From Leucoraja ocellata (lineage: Eukaryota), in the NCBI GenBank assembly GCA_036785375.1, contig JAWMAR010000061.1, positions 8,618,001 through 8,682,000 on the forward strand: 64,000 nucleotides of DNA, in the 5' to 3' direction. The notes under the pieces were generated by a model, which worked only from the letters and a program-made list of their open reading frames with translations, ran no database searches and had not been told where the DNA came from. Positions 51,481 to 63,684 of the stretch are shown here, in pieces. Position numbers and translations under genes: made by a program. Numbering within the stretch: position 1 is the first letter of the stretch; each line of letters opens with the position of its first letter.

Positions 51481-51658
51481 AAGGTAGACAAAAATGCTGG
51501 AGAAACTCAGCAGGTGAGGCAGCATTTATGGAGAGAAGGAATAGGCGACATTTCGGGTCGAGACCTTCAGAAGGGTCTCAACCCGAAACGTCGCCTATTC
51601 CTTCTCTCCATAGATGCTGCCTCACCCGCTGAGTTTCTCCAGCATTTTTGTCTAACTT
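51481..51658. mobile_element. Near-perfect palindromic Penelope-derived element
   Basis: ~88-bp arms around centre ccttc-a-gaagg (51569). Confidence 0.92.
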
Positions 51659-53189
51659 GTTACTGATAGTTAATTTAAAAATTACCTATTTATCCTGACA
51701 CCGTTTCCTGTCATTAGCCACTACGCTGTCCATGCCAGTTTATTATTCCAACTGGTGGATTTTTCTTATGCAACAGCCTTTTCTGTGGGACATCATTGAA
51801 TGCCCTTTGGAATGCCAAAAATACTACTTTTATTAACTCCCCCTTTCCACCCTGTACTGGTATATGAACTATTTATAAAGGATACTCAAAGCTACTTGCA
51901 GTTTAGGACAACACACAATTTATGGTCCAAGCTGCATGTTTTCCCTGAATGTTAATTTTGTGATTTGTGTACCAGCACTTTTCAGTCGCATTCCATTTAA
52001 ATATCAATTATTGAATTATTTTTTCCCAACCAAAGCGAATTCTCATGTTTCTACGTTTGTTTCTATTTGTGCGTCTGCACCCATTCGCTTTGCCTGTTCT
52101 CAACTTACACTATCGCCTTGCTCCGTATCATCCACAGACATTGTAAATATTCCACATGATCGCATCATCCGTATCATTGATATAGACGATGAACAGCTGA
52201 GTCTCAGCACAAATGTCTGCAGCCTTCAAACTGAAAATTACCCTTTGCCCCATGTCTATGAACCGATCTCCAATCCACACCAGTATATCATCCCTATCAG
52301 TGCACAGAAATTCTGCTTGATAATTTTTTTAATATAGTCCCTTACTGAAGGCCATCAAGCATATCTCAACTAGTTTGCCCTTATCCATTCTGTTAGTTAC
52401 AAACTAATAAAACATCTTTACCAATTTGTCAAATGTGATTTCTTTTCTGTTAATCCATGTTGGCTTAAAGCAAATCTGTCACTATTTTGTAATTTACATA
52501 TTACTGCTTCATAATGAGCTCCACTATTTTTCTTGCTACTGCTGCCAGCTAACTGGTGTATAGATTTTTTCAGCTTCTCTCTCGTAGATAGTGTGGGTTA
52601 CATTTGTTACCTTTCAACCTGTGGATATCATCCTCCGTCCTGTGAATGAGCCTGTCAGTCTTGTGAAGAGTTTCAAAGGGAGAACGTTTGTAATGATGGT
52701 CTGTAGAGCAAACCTATAATTTCCGTGGTTCTAAACTTAATATTCCTTGACTGGTTGGTGGTGTTGGGGCTGGTGTGAATCTAGGACCCAGGCATCAAAA
52801 GCAGGTGCAAAATTAAGCTTGGTTGTAAAGGTCAAAAAAATGAATCTCAGAGTCAGGAGACTGTGTAGCACATTATTTCAGAATTAGACGTACAGAAGGT
52901 GAGGCAAGACCATGAGGCATTCGAGACACAAACCATTCAAATGTGTATTTGTAATTAAGATAGGAAATTAGGGCACAGTTATTACTTACAAGTATTGGGA
53001 GGCACGTTTAATGACAGCTGGCAGATAACCAAAAACTGCCTCCAGAACAAAATGTTGCTGAATGTTAATATAGTCAATAGAATAAAATAAAGTCCATACG
53101 GCCAATATTTTGGAATTGTAAAGTGACGTCTTCAGATACCTGAGACCTTCTACAATTAAGTTGTGCAAGTTGGTGTTTCATCAAGTCGT

Positions 53190-53535
53190 AGATAGAGTCA
53201 TACAGCACGGAAACAGGCCCATTTGGCCCAACCTGCCAATAACAACCAAGATGCCCAACTACTCCAAACCCACCTGCCCACGTTTGGCCAATATCCCTCT
53301 AAACCTTTACTATCCATGCACCTGTTCAAGTGTTTTTAAATGCTGTAATGGTACCTGCCTCAACTGCCTTGTCCGTCAGCTTGTTCCATATACCCACAAC
53401 CCTCTTTGTGGAAAAGATTGCCTCTTCAGGATTCCCCTCTCACCTTAAACATATGTCCTCTGGATCTTGATTTCCCTACTATGCATACAAGACTCTGTGC
53501 ATTCACCCTATCTATTCCCCTCATGATTTTATACG
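53190..53535 (-). mobile_element. CR1 3' fragment
   Basis: tagagtcatacagcacggaaacaggccc tail, related to 39115-39322. Confidence 0.8.
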
Positions 53536-53794
53536 CAAGTTAATATGAACATAAATTATGTTCTGATTAATATTCATGAATATTCCCAATTGTGCAAATT
53601 ACCTCATTTATTTGGAGGCATTAATACCTGTTCTCCCAGCATTGAAGGTGTACGATGGAAAGGCTGTGGAAGAAAAAGTGAAATAGAATGCCATTACATG
53701 TCCTGCATGTTCCTGGATGAATAATTTCCCAGTATTTTGGATTCTGTGGTTGTTTTGTCATTCTCTAATCTCAATTGAATCATTTGTACTACAG

Positions 53795-53916
53795 GAGGAG
53801 TACAGAGCAGAAGGCATCAGTTGGCACAATATTGATTATATTGACAACAGTGGTTGCATTAATCTCATCATCAAGAAACCCACAGCTTTGCTCCACCTAC
53901 TGGATGAGGAGTGCAA
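53795..53916 (+). CDS. MYO9A: MYO9A exon 12
   Basis: actacag|GAG; [40 protein letters not shown](N); donor AA|gtaagt; 122 nt. Confidence 0.97.
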
Positions 53917-54149
53917 GTAAGTACCGAGCATTGGATAGCTCAAAACCCAACGATATGAACATTAGATTCTCCAATTTTAAGTATGCACTCCACTCCTCTT
54001 TTCTTTTCTGTGCCACCCTAACCTAGTCCTCAGACATTTCTTCCACTCTAGACATTGTGCCCCATTACTCTTCTTCATACACTCTCATCCCACCCTCTTT
54101 CCCTTCCCTTCCCATTTTACCCACAACTGGAACAAAGCTTCCCCAATCA

Positions 54150-57100
54150 TGTATCCAACCATTTAGCAATAAAGGCTAACATGCTGTTTGCTGCCATAAC
54201 TACTTGTTGGAGCTGCCTGCTAACTTTGTAATCCATGTGCTTGAACAGCGAGATCCCTCTGAACCATTCATTTGCAGTCAGTCTTCATATAGATGATAAA
54301 CATCCTTTAGATTCCTCCTACCAAAGTGGTAGGAGCCACTATCGGACCTTGCATTCTCCCACATTCATTTCAATTTGCCAGGTTTTCTCCCAATCGCTTA
54401 ATCAAACTGCAAAATCACGACGTCTCATTACAACCGTGACCTGTACCTGCTTTCTTATCATTGGTAAATCTGGAAACATTACACTGTGTTCCCTCCTCCA
54501 GGGCATTAATGTAAATAATTAACAAGTGAGGGCCAAGAACCAGTCCCTCGAGTACTCCAGCCTTAAAAGGACCCATTTATTTCAGTTTTTTGTTTTTATC
54601 GTGTTAGCCAATCGACGTTTACACACTTACTCCAACACACTCGATTCTTAATTTATCCACAAACGCTTTTATGAAAAGACTTCCAATAAAAACATTTGTA
54701 TAAACGTCAAATACTTTTGGAAATCTAAATATATTACATTAATATGATCTCCTTACCATCTCTCCCTGTCACATCCGCAAAGATTTCAAGCATATTTGAT
54801 TTACCTTTTATAAAACAATGTTGACCCGGTTTGATTATGTTTAACTTTCCTAAATGATTAGTTATTTCCTCTTTGATTATTAACGATAACATCCTGCCAA
54901 CAATAGATGTGAAGCTAACTGGCGTATCGTTACCTGATATAGTTATCTCATTCTCCCGGTTTGAACAAAGGAGTTACATTGACAGCTTTCCAGTATTCTG
55001 GTATCCTTCCAGAAATGAGCAATTTTTGAATAATTTTAATCAATGGAACCACTATCTAGGCAGGCACTTCATTTAAAACCCATGGGTGTTGGCCATGGGC
55101 TCTGGCTGATTTGTTTGCAACCAGCCCTGAAATTTCCCTATTATGACTGAGAGTTTTTTGAGTCCCTTCCTGTTATTTAAAATTAGTCTGTCTGTTGGGG
55201 ATATTTGCAATGTCCTCTGTGGTTAAAATTGATGAAAAATGCTGATTTAACATACCTGCCATATCTTTGTTTGTTGTTTTTAGTTCACCAGCCTCCTTCT
55301 CTGGAGGTTTCACACCTACTTAAGCAGCCTTCATCCGATTTATATATTCAGAGAAACTCTTCCAGTTTATTTTGGTATTGCACACAACGTTTCTCTCAAA
55401 ATCAATTTTCTCCATTATGAGCCTTTCACCCGTTTGTTGCTGGATCCTTAAAACCTCACTGGCCTATCATCACCCACTTTGTATGGCCTCCTGAACAACC
55501 TAATATTGTAGTCAACCTTTTTTTGTTAACCAAGGATTGTGCCTATTTCTCATGGAATCCCTCTTCAAGCTGCCTCGACAGCGTAATCAAGGGCCAATCT
55601 CATCCCAGTCGGTCGCTCCCTCTTCTCCCCTCTCCCATCAGGAAAGAGGTTCAGAAGTTTGAAAATGTATACTTCAGATTCAGGAACAGTTTCTTTCCAA
55701 CTGTTATCAGTCAACTGAATGGTCCTCTCATCAGCTAGAGTGCGGCCTGTCCTTTCTTCTATCTCACTGGAGACCTCTGAATAATCTTTAATTGGACTTT
55801 AAAATACTTCAATGTTAGATCTTGGACTAAAGGTTATATGTACCCTTTATCCTTGGTGAATCTGTGGAATTCTCTGCTACAGAAGGTAGTTGAGGCCAGT
55901 TCATTGGCTGGATTTAAGAGGGAGTTAGATGTGGCCCTTGTGGCTAAAGGGATCAGGTGGTATGGAGAGAAGGCAGGTATGGGATACTGAGTTGGATGAT
56001 CAGCCATGATCATATTGATTGGCGAATGGTGCAGGCTCGAAGGGCCGAATGGCCTACTCCTGCTCTATGTTACTATGTTTGCACTGTGGACAGATTGAAT
56101 GTATACATGTATAGTCTTCTTTAACTGGATAGTAAGGAAACAAAGGCTTTTCACTGTACCTTGGTACAGGTGACACTAATAAACTAAACTAAACTTTCTA
56201 CTGAGTGGTTTGGACCAGCTGATTTAATATCTGCCACTCTTCATAGACTGATTGTCTCTTAGCTTATTTTCTCAATCGTTATTTAACAACTCCACCTTCA
56301 AACCATTATAATTGCCCTTATTGAAGTTGTAGACACTGTTTGTGGTTCTGTGGTGTTCCCCCTAAACCGTCACACGTAATTTTCTCATATTATGATGACT
56401 TCCTCCTCGAGGATCCTTAGCCACAAAATCTTTTTTAATCCTCCTTCATTACCCATGGCTAAATCAAAAATAACCCGCTCCTGGATAGGTTTTATAACGT
56501 GTTGGTTTAAGAAGCAATTCCTTGATGTTACTCCGCAGGTTCTTGCCAGTTCGGTTCATTCAATCAATATGCAGATTAAAATGTCCCTGGCAATTGTGGT
56601 TCCCTTCTGACATGCTCCAGATGCTTCCTCATTTATGGCCTGTGCTATCAAGAGGCCACATTATGGGGGGCAGTGGATTATTCCCACCCGCATCTTCTAC
56701 CCCCCTGATTATCATAACATCAATCCAAACTGATTCTACATCGCTATCCACTGCTTCCATATTGCATTTCAACACCTCTCTGATACCTTTCTTGATTAAT
56801 CATGCTACCCCATCTCCTTTCCCTTTTGGCCTGGTCCTTTGGAACATCATATAATTTGGAATATTAAGCAGCCGGTTCTGGAAACCCTGCAGCCACGTCT
56901 CTAATTCCTATTAGATCATTAAATTGCTATCTGTGCTGCCAACTGGTGTAACTCATTGCAAATGCTGAGTACATTTAAATAAACACTGTTAAACTTAGAT
57001 TTTTGAACAGCTTTTTACTAACTATGGATTGGCTCTGTAGCACATACTTTTATTTGTGTTTTTTGCCCCAGTCTAAGTCACACTTACCTTGTTAATCTCT

Positions 57101-57600
57101 CCCCTCACTATGCTGTGCTAGCAATCTCCGATTTTCTCTTGATTTATAAAATATCCCTTTCTTGGAGCTCTCTCCTGTCCTTTTTATTTAAAGTTCTGTC
57201 TACAACCATTTTCATGCGATTCACCGGAAGCTCTTGCCAGCATGATTCGACTGTAGATCACCCCAACGAGCAGCTCTTTCCTCACTCAGTATTAGTGCCA
57301 GTGACCCTTCAACCACTGTACACTGTTTCCTTTCTTCTCTTTTCTCTTTGCTAATTTGCACGTGGCTCAAATAATAATACAGAGATTATCACCTTTATGG
57401 TTGTGCATTTCAATTTTTCCCTGAGCTCCTCATAATCCCAAGGGAGAACGTCCTTCGTACCCCTGCCTATGTTTATCACAACAATGGATAAACATAGAAA
57501 CAGTCCCCACCCACACCCACCCATTCTCATATCCAAATTCTTCTCCAGTCGGGAGATATATTCTTAACACTACAACACGGCTTTCAGGGCTATGTCTTTG
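54150..57600 (-). mobile_element. Long, old CR1-like LINE remnant with nested Rex1 tail (~55555-56195, +) and young CR1 tail (55855-56080, +)
   Basis: Scattered degenerate CR1 RT/EN/ORF1 traces (atctaaatatattacat, aagctaactggc, cagccacgtctc); nested young CR1 is the reverse complement of ~4745-4960. Confidence 0.6.
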
Positions 57601-58044
57601 CGTAGGAAACAGTGGCTGTTCTAACTATGCCAACCTATGATGACTACTTTGGTTTGATAATGTTAAACAAATTTGGAATTGGAGTGCAGTCAGTCCTGTT
57701 GTGCAATCTCTGAAAGCTGACTTGTCCTCTGATTAGTTATAATTAAACGTACAAGTGTACACATTGCAATCGGCAGCATTGTTTGCTTGCTCTGTCGCCC
57801 ACAAGATCACACAGCTGTTAAAAGTGAAGTTGCAACGTACACTTGTGCAATTTATGTTTGAAGTTAGCTACATTTCTGACAGGAACTGGTCAAGTGCTTG
57901 GCTGAGATGGCCACAAGGTCCATGGAGCTGAGATCAGGTCTATCTGATCGACCAAGTTTGTTTTTCACCAAGAGAGGTGATGGTGCATATAGGCTCTATG
58001 GTATGTCTTGACTTCTAAGTATAATTGTTTATTTCTTAATTCAG

Positions 58045-58186
58045 TTTTCCACAGGCAACAAATCAGACGCTGCTTGACAAATTCAAGCGACAGCATGAGG
58101 GGAACAACTATATTGAGTTTCCTGCAGTGATGGAGCAGGCCTTTATCATAAAGCATTATGCAGGCAAGGTCAAGTACCAAGTGAAG
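58045..58186 (+). CDS. MYO9A: MYO9A exon 13
   Basis: ttaattcag|T; [47 protein letters not shown]; donor AAG|gtgggt; 142 nt. Confidence 0.97.
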
Positions 58187-58693
58187 GTGGGTACTGGTTT
58201 AAAAGTTGCTATTGATTGTCCATGTGGTTTATGGAATAGTTAAAGGTGGGATGTGCACACTACATTGAAACCAATTGTTGAAAGCAAAAATGTACTTTTT
58301 TTTTGCAACTATGTTACATGATCCTTTATCAATGCTGCAACAGGCGCTAAAATGCTCCATGTTTAAAAGGATAGCAGCAAAAGCAGCATGGCATCATCTA
58401 ATTCTGGTCATAATCTACTATCCTTTGTTGAAATGTGTGTGTTTGGCAGGTCACTCAGTCTAACAATGAGTGTTAGACTATCTGGCAGGTAGTCTGTTAA
58501 CAAAAAAACTCTCCATCTAGAAAAAGAGCCTTCACCAAGCCTTGAGTAAGATATATTGAACATTGATTCTATAATTATGTGGAGATTAAAAGGATTCTTT
58601 ACTGAGTGGGGTGCATCCAGTTGATGCCTTCCCTTGAGAGAGGAGTGACCAAGTACGATTCACCGAGAATAGAAAAAACTGTGGATTCTTGTA

Positions 58694-60015
58694 CAGGTGC
58701 ACAACCTTTTATCCGAAGATCCAAATAACGAAAACCTCCGAATAGCGACATTTTTTCAGTCCTTGAAGAAAGGTCCTTGAAAATGTTCACCGAGGGCGGC
58801 CCGCAGAGGTGACAGCGGAACCTCCGGTCGGTCCTCGAAGAAAGGGGAACTAAAGCCCCATTCATAAAAGAGAAGGTGAGGGCATATTGCGCGGGAGGGT
58901 TAATAATTGACAATCTGCTGCTGCCTGCCCGCTGAGGTTAAAAAGTTCCCACGGTAGACTCACGATACACAGTGTATCGTGAGTCTTGCGTGGGAACTTT
59001 TTTAACTCAGCGGGCAGCAGCAAATTGTCGCTCCCTTCAGTTTCACCCCACCTACACCCCTCTGCTTCCCGGCCATGTGTGTGACCTCTTCCCTCCCCTC
59101 TCCAGCTCCCCGTGCATTGCACCGGCGCTGGGGCTTTGCACTGTCTTCACGTCGGAGCTAGTGCCAGTCACCGGAGACCAACGGGACACCGACCCCCAGG
59201 CCCACTGCAAGCACGGAGATCCCAGAGACCCACAGCCAGCAGCAGCCCAGCCCCGTTCCAATTCCAGAGGAACACGCTCTCCGCTGTCCCCGTAGGGACA
59301 GAAGCTGATGGCTCGGGCTGTGACGTCTCCGGCCACCCCCCTGTACAGGAGCTGAGACTGGGAACTGTGGGGTTGTTTGCAGTTGCAGAGGGAGGGGGCA
59401 AGGGCGGTACAGTTCCCAGTCTCAGCTCCATTCTAGGGGGTGACCGGAGACTTCAGGACCAACGGGACACCGACTGCAAGCACGGAGATCCCATAGACTC
59501 ACAGCCAGCAGCAACTCTAGCCCAGCCCCGCTCCAACTCCAGAGGAACCCGGGTTGCGGATGAGGGGCCGCAGCTCGGGCTGTGGGCGAACTGCCACTTG
59601 TCGCCGTAGCGGCCCATCGGGGAGCGGATTCCTCTGGAGTTGGAGGGACAGGAAGACACAGCGGCTTTTGAGAATGGTGGGCAATCACTTCCAAAGTTCT
59701 GCCCACACACTCAGTACACCTCTCCTACACTTGTCTCCCGCACTAAGATCATCTCGCAGAGAAGGATCCCAGCCTAACCCTCCCTATTCTCTCCTATTCT
59801 GCAAGAAAAACCTACATTGAAGACTCAAACTCGCGATCGAGTAACTGCCGGGATCGAGGCGCAAACTCGCGACCTTACGGATACGAGCCGAGCACTCTAC
59901 CACTGAGCCAGCCGTTAAAATCTACGCTAAAAATCTTCCATTCCGAAAACCGAAAAATTCTGAATTACGAAAAGTGTCTGGTCCCAAGGCTTTCGGATAA
60001 AAGGTTGTGCACCTG
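58694..60015. mobile_element. Non-autonomous Tc1/mariner (pogo/Tigger-like) DNA transposon, 1322 bp
   Basis: Perfect 24-bp TIRs CAGGTGCACAACCTTTTATCCGAA (58694-58717) / reverse complement (59992-60015), TA on both sides; GC/CpG-rich interior; no transposase ORF. Confidence 0.93.
59845..59914 (-). pseudogene. tRNA-like segment (Thr-CGT-like anticodon loop) inside the transposon
   Basis: cggcTGGCTCAGTGGtagagtgctcgg-ctCGTat-ccgtaAGGTCgcgagtttgcgcctcg; A box good, T loop and acceptor stem degenerate. Confidence 0.55.
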
Positions 60016-61007
60016 TACTATGAAATAGAAACATGAAGATTGAGGAAACACTCAGCAGCTCAGGCAGCATCAATGGAAAGAAGAATGGATAGTATTTCAG
60101 GTCCAAAGATTGAAGTCTTTAGATTTCAAGGTCCAAGGTTAAAGGATTTGATTAATTTGGAAGAAAGATACTAATTATTTTTGTGGAATAAATGCGCATG
60201 AACATTAGAGCTGAGGTTTTGAATGATGTAAGAGCATTGTCCAAATTTGGTTCTCTGCAAAGCAGATGAAGTTTGTTGGAGTATGAGGTCAATTAAATCT
60301 AAAGGTATTAAGGAATGGGAACCAAGGCAGATAAGTGAAATTGAGAAAGCTCAAGCGTGTAGCCATGCCCAAACTGAGTGACAGAAAGATTCAGTATTTG
60401 AATGGTCACCTGGATGTTGAATCAAGAGGAATGTAGAACTCACAGCAGGACAGCACAGGACCAATCCGTCCTTATAGCCCACAATGTCTGTGACGATCGT
60501 GATGCCAGTTTAAATTATATGTATCCCTTCCTTTTTATATGCCTCTTAAATGTTGCTAATACTGTCTGCTTCTACCACCTCCCTTGGCAGTACATTCCAG
60601 GCACCTTCCAATCAGTCCAAAACAAAGCTTGTCTCGCAGCTCTCCTTTAACCTTCGTCATCTCGCCTTAAATCTATGGCCTTTAGTGTTTTCCACCCTGG
60701 GAATTTGGTTGACTATAGGTCGCAGTGCACTGAATGAAATAAACAAAGTACTGGAGGAAATTAGCAGGTCAGACAGCATCTGAGGGAATGGACAGACGAC
60801 ATTTCATGTCGGGACCTTTCCTCAGTGTCCCAATCCCAAATATCCTCTGCAGTTTCATGTGACAACATTGTAACTGAATGCCTGTGTAAAAACAAAATTT
60901 GTTGGAGAGAGGATTGTGGGTCGCTAATTTTCTTTAGCATTAAAAAAAAATTAAATATGATATATTGTTCAATGACCAAGCTTCTTCATAAATCTATGTT
61001 GGTGCAG

Positions 61008-61203
61008 GACTTCCGTGAAAAGAACACAGACCACATGCGCCCTGACATTGTTGCACTTCTGAAAGGCAGTAAGAATGCCTTTATCTGCAGTCTGATTGGT
61101 ATTGACCCAGTGGCTGTGTTCCGCTGGTCAATGCTGCGATCCTACTTCCGAGCAGCTGTGGCCTTCCGCGAGGCTGGAAAACGCTTTGTTGAGAAGAAAC
61201 CTG
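61008..61203 (+). CDS. MYO9A: MYO9A exon 14 (entry into the class-IX loop-2 insertion)
   Basis: ggtgcag|GAC; DFREKNTDHMRPDIVALLKGSKNAFICSLIGIDPVAVFRWSMLRSYFRAAVAFREAGKRFVEKKP; donor G|gtaagg; 196 nt, ends phase 1. Confidence 0.97.
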
Positions 61204-63609
61204 GTAAGGGATATGGTAGGTGTTCGGGTGCGTTTGACTGTCATTGCATTTAATGCTGCATCATTGACATTCTGTGGTCAACTGTTAAGTTAATATCGAA
61301 TGACGTGTCAAAAGTTCCTGGAAAAGGTGCTGCACATTCAATATTTAATATATTAATACACTGTCCCAACAAATTTGTATGTTGAGCAGTTTTAGTATAT
61401 GGAAGATACTTGTTCTTCTGATGACTTGAAAGTTGCACTCTCATTATTCAACTCAAAGGCTGCAAAGAAGTTTCACTACTTTGTCTTTACATTAAATTTG
61501 GGGTTAAAGCAGCGAAATACCAAAACAAAACTAAAAATCCAAAGTGTAGGTTTGAAATGCACAGTATATGACAGAAGTACAGCTTGGATTATTGTCCTGG
61601 GTCTGGATGGAGTAAATCTGTTTGTCAGCACAGTTTATTAGAATGATCCGAAATCCGATATTAATCTGAATAGAAGTTTCTTTAAATCTGAAATAAAACC
61701 AGAAAATGATGGGAATACGTGTTGGGACAGTGGGGACGAGGAAAAACTACAACATTTCGGGTTGAAGACATTTCAATAGGACAATTGCGATGAAAGGCCA
61801 TCAGCTTGAAACATTATTTCTCCTTCCACAGATTTCATTTGACTTGCTGAATATTTTCAGTATGTTCACCTTTTACGTTGGTGGAAAATTGAAAGGTTTT
61901 CAAAACATATTTACAGATATTATTTCTGTTTTCTAAAATTCTGCTCCTGTCAAGCCTGGTGTAAAGAGAAATCTATTGAATGTGTCAAGGAGCCAGTGTT
62001 TGCCCGTGGCAATAGTTAATCCATTGTTTATATTATGTTGGATTTCTGCAAACGGTGTAAAGACAAGCTTTTTTTTGTTTTAGCACCGTATCTACATCGC
62101 TGAATACATTTTGGCATAAAACTAAAAAATGCTGTAAACATTCAGCAGGTCAGGCAGCATCTCTGAAATGAGAATTAGAGTTAATGTTTCAGGTGGGAAA
62201 AAAAATCCTCTCAGATCTCTTTGACATCGCTTCCCCTTAAACCTACGCCCTCAAATTTTAGACTCCCCTACCCTGGAAAAAAGACTCAGACTATTTATGC
62301 TTCTCATGATTTTATAAACCTCTAAATTCATTCCCCAGCCTCCTTTGTTTCAGGGAAAGCAATTCCAATCTATCAATTGTCTCCTCATCCTTAAGCCCTA
62401 CAGTCCATGTGGCATTTATGTGAATCTTTCCACCCCCTCTCTAGCTTAATCACATCCTTCCTATAGCCTGACTACCAAAATTGCACACATTAGTGAACTC
62501 AGCCCAACCAACGATTGGCACAACCGTAAGATGATGTCCCTGCTCCTGTACTCACTACTAATCAAGGTAAGCTTCCCGGCCTCCTCACCTTTCTACACGT
62601 GTAGACCAGCTCCTATACACAGCTGGGCACACGCTTTGTGCAAATGCAGTCACATATAAAGTGGATCTTAAACGCTTGCCCTGGGGATTTAAATTGAGCA
62701 ACTCACCTGTTATGAGCAACTAAACACTCAATTTGGTTATTTATATTGTTCATGTCTTCTGAATAATTGGGTACAGATAAAGAAATAATGAAGGGAAGGG
62801 TTTTTTGAAAATGGCTATCCTTCCATTATACTGGCAAAGCCTTTAACTTTGGTACCTTACTTACAAATGGAAGTACTTTTGAATTGACTAATAATAGGTT
62901 ATTCATCTTAATGCCAAGAAAAACATCACAGATATTTATGTAGCTGATTTGAATTCTTAACCAAATATAGCGTGTCGTTCTAGTGACTTTTGAAACCTGC
63001 AGCTTGCCATTATTCAATGGTTAGTCTGTTGATTCAATCCTCTAATTTACTGTTAAAATTCATTACTCTTGGAACTAATCATGGACTTGTTATATGATGC
63101 TATGGATGGCAATTTGAGAAATTAATAGATGTTGTGTAACACAACCATTTGACCCAATGATACATCATAGATACTACCAACGAGATGATCTGGATTATTA
63201 TTTCAAGAATAAGCTATCATATCATGTTCCAGAGGTAGCTGCCAAGATAAATAACCGCTTTTGAGTAAAAATGTCTGACTTACAGAAAGTAGACGATGCA
63301 TATTCCTTGCAACATAAACCATAATCTAAGGCTTTATCTAATTGAAAAAAAAAAAAATGAAGTCCCACATCATTAAGTATCATATAGTGATTGAAATTTT
63401 CATCTTGCAATGTTTGGAGGGTATTTTTGGCCAAATCCTCTATTGAATCTGTACGTTCTGTAATCTGAGATTGACCTGTTTCTGTAAATCAGGCAAATTG
63501 TGTGCAATTAGATGTGTGTTAGATGATGGTTTATGTCAGTGAGCTACTTCTCTCTTTAATCAGTGCACATCTTCCTCTCTAAAGCCTGGGAGATGCATTC
63601 ATTTTACAG

Positions 63610-63684
63610 AAAGACGCATCATCATGCTGTGGCAGCTGCTCTACACACGGATTGCTCTGCCTAGTACAGCCCTGCTCTGCATAG
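63610..63684 (+). CDS. MYO9A: Candidate 75-nt cassette exon of MYO9A (loop-2 insertion)
   Basis: cattcattttacag|AA...ATAG|gtctgt; phase 1-1, open in the frame left by exon 14: ERRIIMLWQLLYTRIALPSTALLCI. Not confirmed by recognised homology. Confidence 0.55.
   Translation, partial: KDASSCCGSCSTHGLLCLVQPCSA

Noticed and set aside
59052-59820. Several overlapping ORFs of 85-165 aa
   Set aside because: Inside the TIR element; GC-rich low-complexity translations with no transposase or other recognisable motif.
59845-59914. Functional tRNA-Thr gene
   Set aside because: T loop lacks TTCG, anticodon and acceptor stems are broken; kept only as tRNA-like.
10714-61203. MYO9B assignment
   Set aside because: N-terminus (GGRRRFEDNE...TDCPVQRMMLWPR) and the exon 6 peptide match MYO9A, not MYO9B.
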